From the IMG/VR virus record IMGVR_UViG_3300033148_004740, positions 1-64,000 of that record: 64,000 nt of DNA. One strand, written 5' to 3'. The stretch comes from a virus. Below the pieces are notes generated by a model. That model saw only the letters and a list, made by a program, of their open reading frames with translations. It ran no database searches and had not been told where the DNA came from. This document shows positions 46,735 through 54,932 of the stretch, one piece after another. Numbering within the stretch: position 1 is the stretch's first letter; the number at the start of each line of letters is the position of its first letter. The position numbers and the translations under genes were made by a program.

Positions 46735-47702
46735 GTCGAGCCAGTCTCCTTCCACCACTTGGTGTACCACTCGATAGCTTCATCTAGTCCTTCACTGAGG
46801 TCATACTTCCAATCCCATCCAAGAGCCTTTAGCTTACTTGGATTCAGTGACTGGTCATTGATTTCAAAGAGGTCTCTGTCTACCATTTGGATAGGAAGGT
46901 TCTCGTTGATCTTCATACACATCATGTTCATGATGTCACCAATCTTGTGCATCAAGCCATGACCAATGTTGTATGCTTCACCAGGAACCCCTTTCTCCAT
47001 GAGGACCATGTAGGCACTGATTGCATCCGAGACATGAATGAACTCTCTCTGCATCATCGCTGCATCAGTATAGAGGACAGGGGATGTCCCATTGAGGAGA
47101 CGAAGGATGGTTCCGGGAACAAGGCGGGAGAGGTTAAGGTCTCCTGCGCCATACAGGTTACCACAGCGAACAGTACAGATGGGGAGGCCATATGTCTTAG
47201 CATAGGACCGAGCGATCATATCTCCAGCAGCCTTAGAGGTACAGTAAGTATCGGTAACCTCGAATGGTGTGTCCTCTTCATAGCCACCCTCAGGAGAGCT
47301 ATCTCCATAGGCCTTGTCTGTCGACATATGGATAACTTTCTTGAGTCTCTTGTGCTTCTTCTCTTGGTCTCTTAGGGCCTCGAAGAGATTGACACTGCCC
47401 ATCACGTTGACATTGTATGCTGTCCACGGGTCAGCATCACATGTCTTGACGATAGGGATAGCGGCGAGGTGGACAACATAGTCAAGCTCATACTTGCTGA
47501 CTACGTCACGGATAAGGTCACGGTCCATGATGTCTCCACGGATCTCTGCTCCCTTCTTGTGGACCTCGTCTAGGAGATCCTTGTCTGTCTTCCTATTGTA
47601 GTCACGTACTAGAGCAATAGGAACATGTCCATCGTCCAGTAGTCTTCTCAATAGGCGCCGACCTACAAAACCGTTAGCCCCGGTAATTAGTACATTTGCC
47701 AT
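46716..47702 (-). CDS. NAD-dependent NDP-sugar 4,6-dehydratase (RfbG/CDP-glucose dehydratase-like SDR)
   Basis: ITGANGFVG, VHLAA, STDKAYG, YCTSK, RCGNLYGAGDLN.SRLVP. Confidence 0.9.
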   Translation of the reverse strand: MANVLITGANGFVGRRLLRRLLDDGHVPIALVRDYNRKTDKDLLDEVHKKGAEIRGDIMDRDLIRDVVSKYELDYVVHLAAIPIVKTCDADPWTAYNVNVMGSVNLFEALRDQEKKHKRLKKVIHMSTDKAYGDSSPEGGYEEDTPFEVTDTYCTSKAAGDMIARSYAKTYGLPICTVRCGNLYGAGDLNLSRLVPGTILRLLNGTSPVLYTDAAMMQREFIHVSDAISAYMVLMEKGVPGEAYNIGHGLMHKIGDIMNMMCMKINENLPIQMVDRDLFEINDQSLNPSKLKALGWDWKYDLSEGLDEAIEWYTKWWKETGSTWNPAK

Positions 47703-48414
47703 AAAATTCCTCGATTCCGTGAGGGTGAGTTCCAGTATATCCTACTAGGGTGTCAGCCTCATCGTATTTAAATGGAGCAAAGTTTGCTACCTCATCTTCT
47801 GGATGGAACATATGATCTAGATTTCGAATCCTTGCCGTAACGTCTTCTTCCTGTCCCATGCGGGAGTAATGATAGATCCAATAAGGAGCACGCTGCACGC
47901 CTCCAGATCGTCTCACCAGGTACATCCCGTCTCCACCCACGACATGTGTTCCAGGTCTAAAGATTCTGCCTAGCCAGGTCTCGTGGGCAGGTGCTCTTCT
48001 CTTTAGGTTCTTCCAGAAGTAGGTACGATAGAGCTCTACCTGAGAGACGTTAGCAGGCAGCTGCCCCAAATATTCCTTGAGAAAATAGAAGTCTTTCTCA
48101 TGTATCATCTCATCTGCTTGCATATAGACTATCCAATCTGTCTTCTTGCTCACTAGGGGAAGAATCTTGTTAGCCTGAGTAGCAAGCTCTTCTCCCATAG
48201 TGATTCCCATGTCCCATGTACTGTGAAGTACAGAGACCGCAGTGTTCTTCATACGCTCATGAAGCCAATGAATCTTCTCCAAAGTCCTGTCCTCTGAGGC
48301 AGGGTCACAGTTCACAATCACATGGTCGCACAACTTAGCCAGGCTATAGATACATTGACGCCAGGGATACTTAAGCTTGTCCCCGTTGCGAACCAATGTG
48401 ACGCCTGTTAGCAC
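47674..48414 (-). CDS. Glycosyltransferase family 2-like
   Basis: GVTLVRNG..LKYP, SEDRT, YMQADE, YHYS. Confidence 0.8.
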   Translation of the reverse strand: MLTGVTLVRNGDKLKYPWRQCIYSLAKLCDHVIVNCDPASEDRTLEKIHWLHERMKNTAVSVLHSTWDMGITMGEELATQANKILPLVSKKTDWIVYMQADEMIHEKDFYFLKEYLGQLPANVSQVELYRTYFWKNLKRRAPAHETWLGRIFRPGTHVVGGDGMYLVRRSGGVQRAPYWIYHYSRMGQEEDVTARIRNLDHMFHPEDEVANFAPFKYDEADTLVGYTGTHPHGIEEFYGKCTNYRG

Positions 48415-49016
48415 TCCTTGCCTCCCTCTATAGTGACACCAGCTTCCTTAGCGAGCCTGGCATATAGTGCCTGGCGAGTAGCAAGCTTCTCGAATGACTT
48501 GAAGACATCATGATAATGATGGATGATAGCGCCTTCCTGTACTCGAGTAACCTCTCCTCCATGAAAATACTCATGGAGCTCACGCTGCCAAACAAAGTCT
48601 AGGCGATTCTGAAAGAACCTAACCTGTAGATCTGGGTATGCGTCTACCTCAGTCTGCTTCTTTCTCTCGATATCTAGCCACCTCATGCGAGGGAAAGAGT
48701 AGGCTTCCTTGTTCTCTCGCATAAGAGCAACCATTCTCTGTTGGGTAGACTCGAGACCCTCATCAGCATCAATCATCAGGACCCAGGGAGACCTTGCTAG
48801 ATGAGCTGTCAGCGTCCTCATGGAGGCGAAGTCTGTGAGCCCGGCTCGGTAGACTCTGGCCCCAAGACTCTTTGCTAAGGCTACTGTGTCATCTGTAGAC
48901 CCAGCATCAACAACAACCCATTCTTGGAGAAGGGGACCCAGGGAATGCATAACCGAGTTGTACATATGCTCCAGACAGTTCTCTTCGTCCTTAACGAACG
49001 TACATAGACTGATCAT
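48408..49016 (-). CDS. Glycosyltransferase family 2
   Basis: FVKDEE, VVDAGSTDDT, DFASMR, WVLMIDADE, YPDLQVRFF, ELHE. Confidence 0.9.
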   Translation of the reverse strand: MISLCTFVKDEENCLEHMYNSVMHSLGPLLQEWVVVDAGSTDDTVALAKSLGARVYRAGLTDFASMRTLTAHLARSPWVLMIDADEGLESTQQRMVALMRENKEAYSFPRMRWLDIERKKQTEVDAYPDLQVRFFQNRLDFVWQRELHEYFHGGEVTRVQEGAIIHHYHDVFKSFEKLATRQALYARLAKEAGVTIEGGKEC

Positions 49017-49579
49017 TATTTCTTCGCCACTACAGTAATGTTATGAGAGTCGTCCTCGGTAACTACCTGGACAATCTCTCGGCAGCCACAGCCCAGCACA
49101 AGGCCTTCTAGCAAACCTGCAGTGAACCCAGCCATATGATAGTTGAGACCATAGTCCTGTCCTCCATAGAGGAGCCTTGATGCCTCGAAGGCTGGAAGCT
49201 CTTTGTCCAACAGAGCCTTAGCTATCTTTGCCATGTCAGGGACACGTACAATGAACTCTCCCTCCGGCTTCAATAGCCGGATCCACTCACTGAGAACCTT
49301 CTTGGTATGATGATAAGAGAAGTGCTCGAGTACATCATAAGCTAAGATCTGCTCAGCTACATTGCTAGGAAAGAACGGCATGTTACGAACATCTGCTCGC
49401 AGAGTTAATCCATCCCATGGAACAAGATCAATGTTGACATAACCCTCTCTAATGTCTTCTCCACATCCTAGATTGAGCTTAGGGTTCTCCTTGTAGAAGT
49501 CCATCAAGCCCTCGAAGCTATCCTGTGGAATAGGTTGCTCGGTAAAATCAAACAATACTTCTGGTTCTTCTTCAGACAT
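49016..49579 (-). CDS. Methyltransferase type 11-like
   Basis: KLNLGCG, YVNID, DVLEHF, RLLKPEG, RVPD. Confidence 0.85.
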   Translation of the reverse strand: MSEEEPEVLFDFTEQPIPQDSFEGLMDFYKENPKLNLGCGEDIREGYVNIDLVPWDGLTLRADVRNMPFFPSNVAEQILAYDVLEHFSYHHTKKVLSEWIRLLKPEGEFIVRVPDMAKIAKALLDKELPAFEASRLLYGGQDYGLNYHMAGFTAGLLEGLVLGCGCREIVQVVTEDDSHNITVVAKK

Positions 49580-49580
49580 G

Positions 49581-50699
49581 TTACACCTTTATTCCTTCCA
49601 ATCTGGCTTTCATTGCTTCGCCGATCTTCTTCCAAGAGAAATTCTGTTCGACAAAAGCTTTTCCTAATGACCCAGCAGCCCATGCTGCGCCCTGGTTCTC
49701 GAATACAAACCTCATCTGTTTACGTGCGTCTAATAGACTTGGCTCAGCCCAGGTCATTTCTCCCGTATACATTGGCCAAGGCATTCCCCAGACAGGGGCC
49801 TTGGTATACTTGACTGGGTAAGCCTGTCCTACTTGAATGAATTCATCGCTCCCGCTATACCCAGTAGCTATAACTGGATTTGCCTCTGCCATTGCCTCTA
49901 CCATAGGAATACCAAATCCCTCACATTTATGCAAAGAGACATAACAGTCTCCCTGGATATGCAGGCAGCGGATCTGTCCTCTTGAGAGAAGGCTAGAGAT
50001 GAGCAGAATCTTTGGGAAGCTAGGAAGATGTAGACTATCTTTGATCTGTTTTACCTGTCTTCGGATGACAGCTATATCTTCTTCCATACCTGGATTCAAG
50101 CAATAGCTTTTCATGACCAGGCGGACCTTCTCCTCTGCTTTGAACTCTGTCAAGAATGCTCTCAGAAGAGCAGCAGGATTCTTCCTCTCTAGCCACTGGA
50201 AGATAGAATAGAAGGTAAACTCTCCTTCTTCAGCAGGTTCAAGCACGGGATTTTTTGATACCTCTTCCTCTTGGTTGAAGTTGAAAGTATGAGGGAAACA
50301 GTGGATAGGAATTGTGATACCAGAATCCTTGAACACCTTCACATTGTACTGACTAGGGACCCAGACTTCATCCAGGGTGTTGATCTTAGTAACCCAGTCC
50401 CGTGGGAGCTGATCCGTTTCCCACGCAGCATAGCCAATATTGTATCTGCCAGGCTTTACCAACTGTGAGTAGTTAGGAGGGGTAGCATGGAGAATGAAGA
50501 TCTTGTCACCAATGCGAGCCTTCTGGAGCTTAGTGATGAGTTTTCCCATCTCTCCAAGAGCTGGTCTCTTTTGTTCAAAACTAATGGGAGCCACGTTCAG
50601 GTCTACTCCTGCTAGGTACAGTGCTGCGATGTTGTTCCTTGCCGCTTCTGCATAGCCAGACCCATCTAGACAGGCTCCTACGTATGTTACTTGTACCAT
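49581..50699 (-). CDS. Glycosyltransferase family 4
   Basis: SGYAEAAR, AWETDQLP, DEVWVPS, ERKN, EGFGIPMVEAMA, TGYSG. Confidence 0.92.
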   Translation of the reverse strand: MVQVTYVGACLDGSGYAEAARNNIAALYLAGVDLNVAPISFEQKRPALGEMGKLITKLQKARIGDKIFILHATPPNYSQLVKPGRYNIGYAAWETDQLPRDWVTKINTLDEVWVPSQYNVKVFKDSGITIPIHCFPHTFNFNQEEEVSKNPVLEPAEEGEFTFYSIFQWLERKNPAALLRAFLTEFKAEEKVRLVMKSYCLNPGMEEDIAVIRRQVKQIKDSLHLPSFPKILLISSLLSRGQIRCLHIQGDCYVSLHKCEGFGIPMVEAMAEANPVIATGYSGSDEFIQVGQAYPVKYTKAPVWGMPWPMYTGEMTWAEPSLLDARKQMRFVFENQGAAWAAGSLGKAFVEQNFSWKKIGEAMKARLEGIKV

Positions 50700-51958
50700 T
50701 ACTGTCCTCCCCTTAGCTGCATTGAAGGTAACCTAGGAGTCTCTCTCTTCATTGTGACTCGAGCAAAGAGATCGACCCATGCCTTTGTGACAGCTCTCCA
50801 GTCGTGCTGGATAGCCCAGCTACGTGCTAGGCGGGCTTTTTCGTTACCGTACTTGGGTCCAGCCATAAAAGCTTTCGTCATCTGCTCAACGATCTCTGGA
50901 AGTAGTCCCTTTGGTCTGTACCCAGAGTTGTCTATCCAAATCTGATCTTTGCACTCATACATGTACCCTCTCTCACTGTCTTCCCCAAGCTGCTGAGGCA
51001 TAGAGGTGTTTCTGGGAGCTACTACTGGGACACCTGCGGCCATAGCCTCTGTTACGGTTAGCCCCCACCCTTCTCCTAGGTGAGTGGTGAGGAAAACATC
51101 TGCCATGTTATACAGCATGTTCAGCTTCTTAGAAGAGATAGGTTGCGCGGGGTTATACCCTACTGGGTAGATGATGTCTTCGCTCTTAGAGAGGCCAAGG
51201 GACCCTATTGCCTTCAGCATATCTCCACCCTGGTCTGTGACTGCAGAGTGGAGATACATCTTGGCAGTTGGAAAGCGTTCTTTGAACTTCTTGAAAGCTA
51301 GGAAAGAGTAGGGAAGCTGCTTCCTAGTAGAGTTACGATTCACATTAATGATGACCGGAGTCCCCTCTTCAACTCCAAGAAAAGTCTTTCTAACTTCATC
51401 GTTCTTCTCTTTAGATCTGGGAGTATAGATCGCACTATCTACCCCATGAGGAATCTCTAGGAGAACCTTCTCGAGATCTGGGAAGGTATGGAGCGTTCGC
51501 TCCTTCCCATGCTTGGTATAGCAGACCGGGATATCAACGGCTCTCAAAAAGCGGGAAGCCTCGGTGGGAACATTACAGTCGACCGGGTAGTAGTAGATAA
51601 AGGTTGGGGGCTTGTGCCCCTTCTTCTTACACTCGTTCTTGAACTTCACCAACTCGTCTGCGACAGCGTCAGTCACATAGAGATCATTACAGACCCAGAC
51701 AATATCATATGGCTGTTCGTACAGAGTCTTGATGAACATCTTCATCCCGTGTGGATCACGGGGGTCCATTAGTTTAGCTGGCTGCATGAGCCAGGGAACT
51801 ACATTACGGTCGATGAAGCTTCCGTGAAAGTTAATGGCAAGATGATGGATGTCGTAGAGTCCCGTTGCGTGCAGAGCCCCTACAACATGCTTGCTCACGA
51901 TACCAAAGCCTGTTCCAGCAATCGCAGAATCAGACCAGCATAATACTTTACGTTTCAT
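50699..51958 (-). CDS. Glycosyltransferase family 4
   Basis: TGFGIVS, YYPVD, IPHGVD, NRNSTRK, GEGWGLTVTEAMAAGVPVV. Confidence 0.92.
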   Translation of the reverse strand: MKRKVLCWSDSAIAGTGFGIVSKHVVGALHATGLYDIHHLAINFHGSFIDRNVVPWLMQPAKLMDPRDPHGMKMFIKTLYEQPYDIVWVCNDLYVTDAVADELVKFKNECKKKGHKPPTFIYYYPVDCNVPTEASRFLRAVDIPVCYTKHGKERTLHTFPDLEKVLLEIPHGVDSAIYTPRSKEKNDEVRKTFLGVEEGTPVIINVNRNSTRKQLPYSFLAFKKFKERFPTAKMYLHSAVTDQGGDMLKAIGSLGLSKSEDIIYPVGYNPAQPISSKKLNMLYNMADVFLTTHLGEGWGLTVTEAMAAGVPVVAPRNTSMPQQLGEDSERGYMYECKDQIWIDNSGYRPKGLLPEIVEQMTKAFMAGPKYGNEKARLARSWAIQHDWRAVTKAWVDLFARVTMKRETPRLPSMQLRGGQ

Positions 51959-53920
51959 TTAGACCTCTTCTATCCTTAGTCTTTGATTGCCTGTTCTTTC
52001 CAGGTGATCGATACATGAGTTAACAACCTCTGACGGCTGAATGATCTTCCAGCAGAGCTCACCAATGCTACAGCCCTTGTACCAGCAATCCCAGGTTCCC
52101 ATATTTTGTATACAGAATGTAGTACTATTTTCGACCGTAATATCATATACATACTCATCCCGACGATCGGAAAGCTCAATCTTTTTGATTGGAACATATA
52201 GATAATCTTCATCAACTATGTGTCTACTCCACGTCGCCTGTTGATTAGGAATATATACTCTGTAGATGATTGCATCCTGCTTGTAATTAGTATGATGTTT
52301 TCTCTTGTATATCCGAGACCAGATACCAAACCTAGTCAGTAGCTCTTGAGTTCCATAAGCCATCAGACGAGAAGCTGTACTCAGAACTTTATTATCCTTA
52401 TCTTGATAACCGTCTCCTTGTAGATAGCCAGTAATAAAACTTTCAATCGCAATATCACTAGCATTCCATAGAAGAAAAGGAATCTCCTTTTGGACCGCTC
52501 TTCTTTTTCCAAAGAAAGTATCTATATACTCAACAAGAGGCTGCGAATAAATTTCCACCCTAGTAGAATTGTCCTTAGTAGACGGATAGACTCCAACTGT
52601 TGCCGAATATTTGGAGCGACCAAAGCCTCTTAGGGTCTCAATAATCTGTTCTTCATGTGAGCCTACAGTAAAGACAACGGACTTACGATCTGGCCGTAGA
52701 TGACCCTCCGCTGCATAAAGTCCCAACACTTGATATGTAAGCAGATCAACCTCTGGAAGAATAGGATCTGCCTTGTTCCGAGGAACACACAAGAAATCAT
52801 TATCGGTTAACTCTTCTGCTGGAATCCATTCTCTGTTCGCAGTAAAGTTTTTTCTACGAAAGGCCGATGATGAGCCCTTAACGGCAAGCATTTTATGGTC
52901 CTGTGTCACAGTAATTGGCTCGTTTGAGCCAAAATATTCTATGTCATAGAGCTTTCTACCTTTGCGTAAATTCTTATGAACCTTAGTAATTTTGTTCCAA
53001 TTGGAGTCGGTTGTTTTAACAGTTTGCCCGACTTCTAGATCCTGGATTTCTCGGTATCCACTTGCTGTTAAAACTAAGCTCTCCTTAACTACACAAGGAC
53101 ACGGGTTGTACTGGTCACCTTTCCAAACAGCTACAGCCTTGTTGTAGTGGTTGATACGGGCAGCAGGATGTGTAGGACCAAAGTAAGATACTGTGGGGAT
53201 ACCAAGAGCCCCTGCAATATGGAGAAGGGACGAGTCAGGGCAGAGGACCAGATCACATGCAGCAGTGATAGCAGCTATCTCCCGAACCTTCTTGTCCTTT
53301 AAGAGAAGACCTCCAGGAAGGTTATCCCACATGACATTGCTTTGCCAGTCACTCTGGTGGGTAAAGATAATTGGTTTTGCTTTGATTCGCTGACCTAACA
53401 TGACCAAGATCTCTTTGAGCTTTCTATGGTCAAATGATCTGATCTTATTACTGGCAAATGGCTGTACTGCGATCTTGGGATAGAAATGATATTGTCTGAC
53501 TACATCCCGTCCTTCTTCTAGCTCCCCTTTCGTCAGATAGATGTGAGGAACAGAGTCTTCTAGTTTGACACCAGCTGCATTAGCAAACAGATCAATACGA
53601 TTGATTGGAGGGTTCCCGTGAACCTCATACTCTGTGCACGGACAATGCAGGTCTAAGACTGCATCAAACTGATCTCTGACTAAATGGTTCTTGTCTACGA
53701 ACCCGTTGATGTCTGGGTTAAACATAAGAATATCAACTAGAGCTCCGCCAAGATAGCGTGTATCTGTGGCTACTATGATCTGACCATCAGGGAACTCTTT
53801 CTTGAGGGCTCTGATAGTAGGGGTCAGCATAATCACATCACCGATACCCTGACCACGGATCACACAGATCTTAGGGGCACCGGTAGAGATCAGTCTGCGA
53901 AGACGGTCTAAAATTTTCAA
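51959..53920 (-). CDS. Glycosyltransferase family 9 (heptosyltransferase-like) interrupted by an intein
   Basis: IRGQGIGDVIMLTP, DSSLLHIAGALGIPTVSYFGPT; the spliced product restores NPCP-CWYKGC...LCW. Confidence 0.9.
   Translation of the reverse strand: MKILDRLRRLISTGAPKICVIRGQGIGDVIMLTPTIRALKKEFPDGQIIVATDTRYLGGALVDILMFNPDINGFVDKNHLVRDQFDAVLDLHCPCTEYEVHGNPPINRIDLFANAAGVKLEDSVPHIYLTKGELEEGRDVVRQYHFYPKIAVQPFASNKIRSFDHRKLKEILVMLGQRIKAKPIIFTHQSDWQSNVMWDNLPGGLLLKDKKVREIAAITAACDLVLCPDSSLLHIAGALGIPTVSYFGPTHPAARINHYNKAVAVWKGDQYNPCPCVVKESLVLTASGYREIQDLEVGQTVKTTDSNWNKITKVHKNLRKGRKLYDIEYFGSNEPITVTQDHKMLAVKGSSSAFRRKNFTANREWIPAEELTDNDFLCVPRNKADPILPEVDLLTYQVLGLYAAEGHLRPDRKSVVFTVGSHEEQIIETLRGFGRSKYSATVGVYPSTKDNSTRVEIYSQPLVEYIDTFFGKRRAVQKEIPFLLWNASDIAIESFITGYLQGDGYQDKDNKVLSTASRLMAYGTQELLTRFGIWSRIYKRKHHTNYKQDAIIYRVYIPNQQATWSRHIVDEDYLYVPIKKIELSDRRDEYVYDITVENSTTFCIQNMGTWDCWYKGCSIGELCWKIIQPSEVVNSCIDHLERTGNQRLRIEEV
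52088..53095 (-). mobile_element. Intein (336 aa) with LAGLIDADG endonuclease and atypical C-terminal Asp
   Basis: Starts CVVKESLVLT; block B TVTQDHKM; GLYAAEG and GYLQGDG; block F YVYDITVE; ends NMGTWD (codons TGG GAT) before +1 Cys (TGC). AT-rich. Confidence 0.9.
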
Positions 53921-53933
53921 GGTGGGTCCTTTC

Positions 53934-54932
53934 TTACATATTCGAGGCTAGTAAACAGCCACGGGCTACAGCGCGCAATGGATCGCTAGCATAGCGAACC
54001 TCAGATACTGCCAGAGGAAAATCTCCTCTAGCTAGCCGAGCTCTGAAGGCATCCAAGAATCCCTTTGCTCTTGAAGATCCTCCACTAACTACTACAGGAA
54101 TAGCTTTTGAGAACTTAGGAAGATCCTTACTATCCTGTAGCCTCACGGCCAACCAGCTAACAGTATAGTCAATGAGACGAAGGTAGTATGCAGACACAGC
54201 AGATAGGATCGGATTCTCATTGTCCTCCCCTACTACAAAGTCTCCATTCTCCTTCTCTACCTGAACAATACTGTCCTCTTGGGCAGTAGACACTGCAGCC
54301 ATGCGATCGATCCAGTCCCCACTACGTGTAGTAGAGAACTTAATGACCGCCTCACCAGAAGACATGACGCACACGTTGACCATGCCAGCACCAAACGACA
54401 GAGTGATACCTGTGTAATCACTATCCTCGAGCTCTGAATAGCAGATAGCTTCTGCTTCATTCAAGGGCCGAGGCTGCCACCCAAACTCTTCCAAGTCTTT
54501 CTTGAGAGCGTCCTCATGGAATCCAGTATCGAAGTGTTCTCCGTCTTGGTCCACAGGAGGTGCTGGGATAGAGTAGACGAGTATGTCTCCCTTCTTCTTA
54601 GGCTTGCCTACCAATTTCTGTAAGATGAACTTGAGCACACGGCGCGCGTCTGGTTCACGGGGAGAAAGAACTCCACGGAACAGGGGCCTGCGTGCTGACT
54701 GATGGCGCTCAATTGCTTTCTCGATGGCGTCAGCGCCTACTACTACAAAACTACCATCGGTGTCTTTGAAATACGAACGATTAGCTAGGCCCTTCTCCAT
54801 CATCTTAGCAGCGATGGGAGAAGCAGGGGTCATACGATAGAACGCATCCCTGAACTCAGTATACCTAACCTTGTCAGATGACTCGGTTGCTTTGATAAGA
54901 AATGAGGTTCCTACATCGAGTCCTATTGGCAT
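53934..54932 (-). CDS. Actin-fold ATPase, volactin-like
   Basis: GLDVGT (phosphate 1), LNEAEAICYSEL (connect 1), TGITLSFGAGMVNV (phosphate 2), GDWID, VVSGGSS (adenosine), PLRAVARG (connect 2). Confidence 0.85.
   Translation of the reverse strand: MPIGLDVGTSFLIKATESSDKVRYTEFRDAFYRMTPASPIAAKMMEKGLANRSYFKDTDGSFVVVGADAIEKAIERHQSARRPLFRGVLSPREPDARRVLKFILQKLVGKPKKKGDILVYSIPAPPVDQDGEHFDTGFHEDALKKDLEEFGWQPRPLNEAEAICYSELEDSDYTGITLSFGAGMVNVCVMSSGEAVIKFSTTRSGDWIDRMAAVSTAQEDSIVQVEKENGDFVVGEDNENPILSAVSAYYLRLIDYTVSWLAVRLQDSKDLPKFSKAIPVVVSGGSSRAKGFLDAFRARLARGDFPLAVSEVRYASDPLRAVARGCLLASNM

Noticed and set aside
37201-53920. Classical O-antigen seroconversion cassette
   Set aside because: No GtrA/GtrB, Wzx/Wzy, acyltransferase-3 or any multi-TM protein in the cluster.
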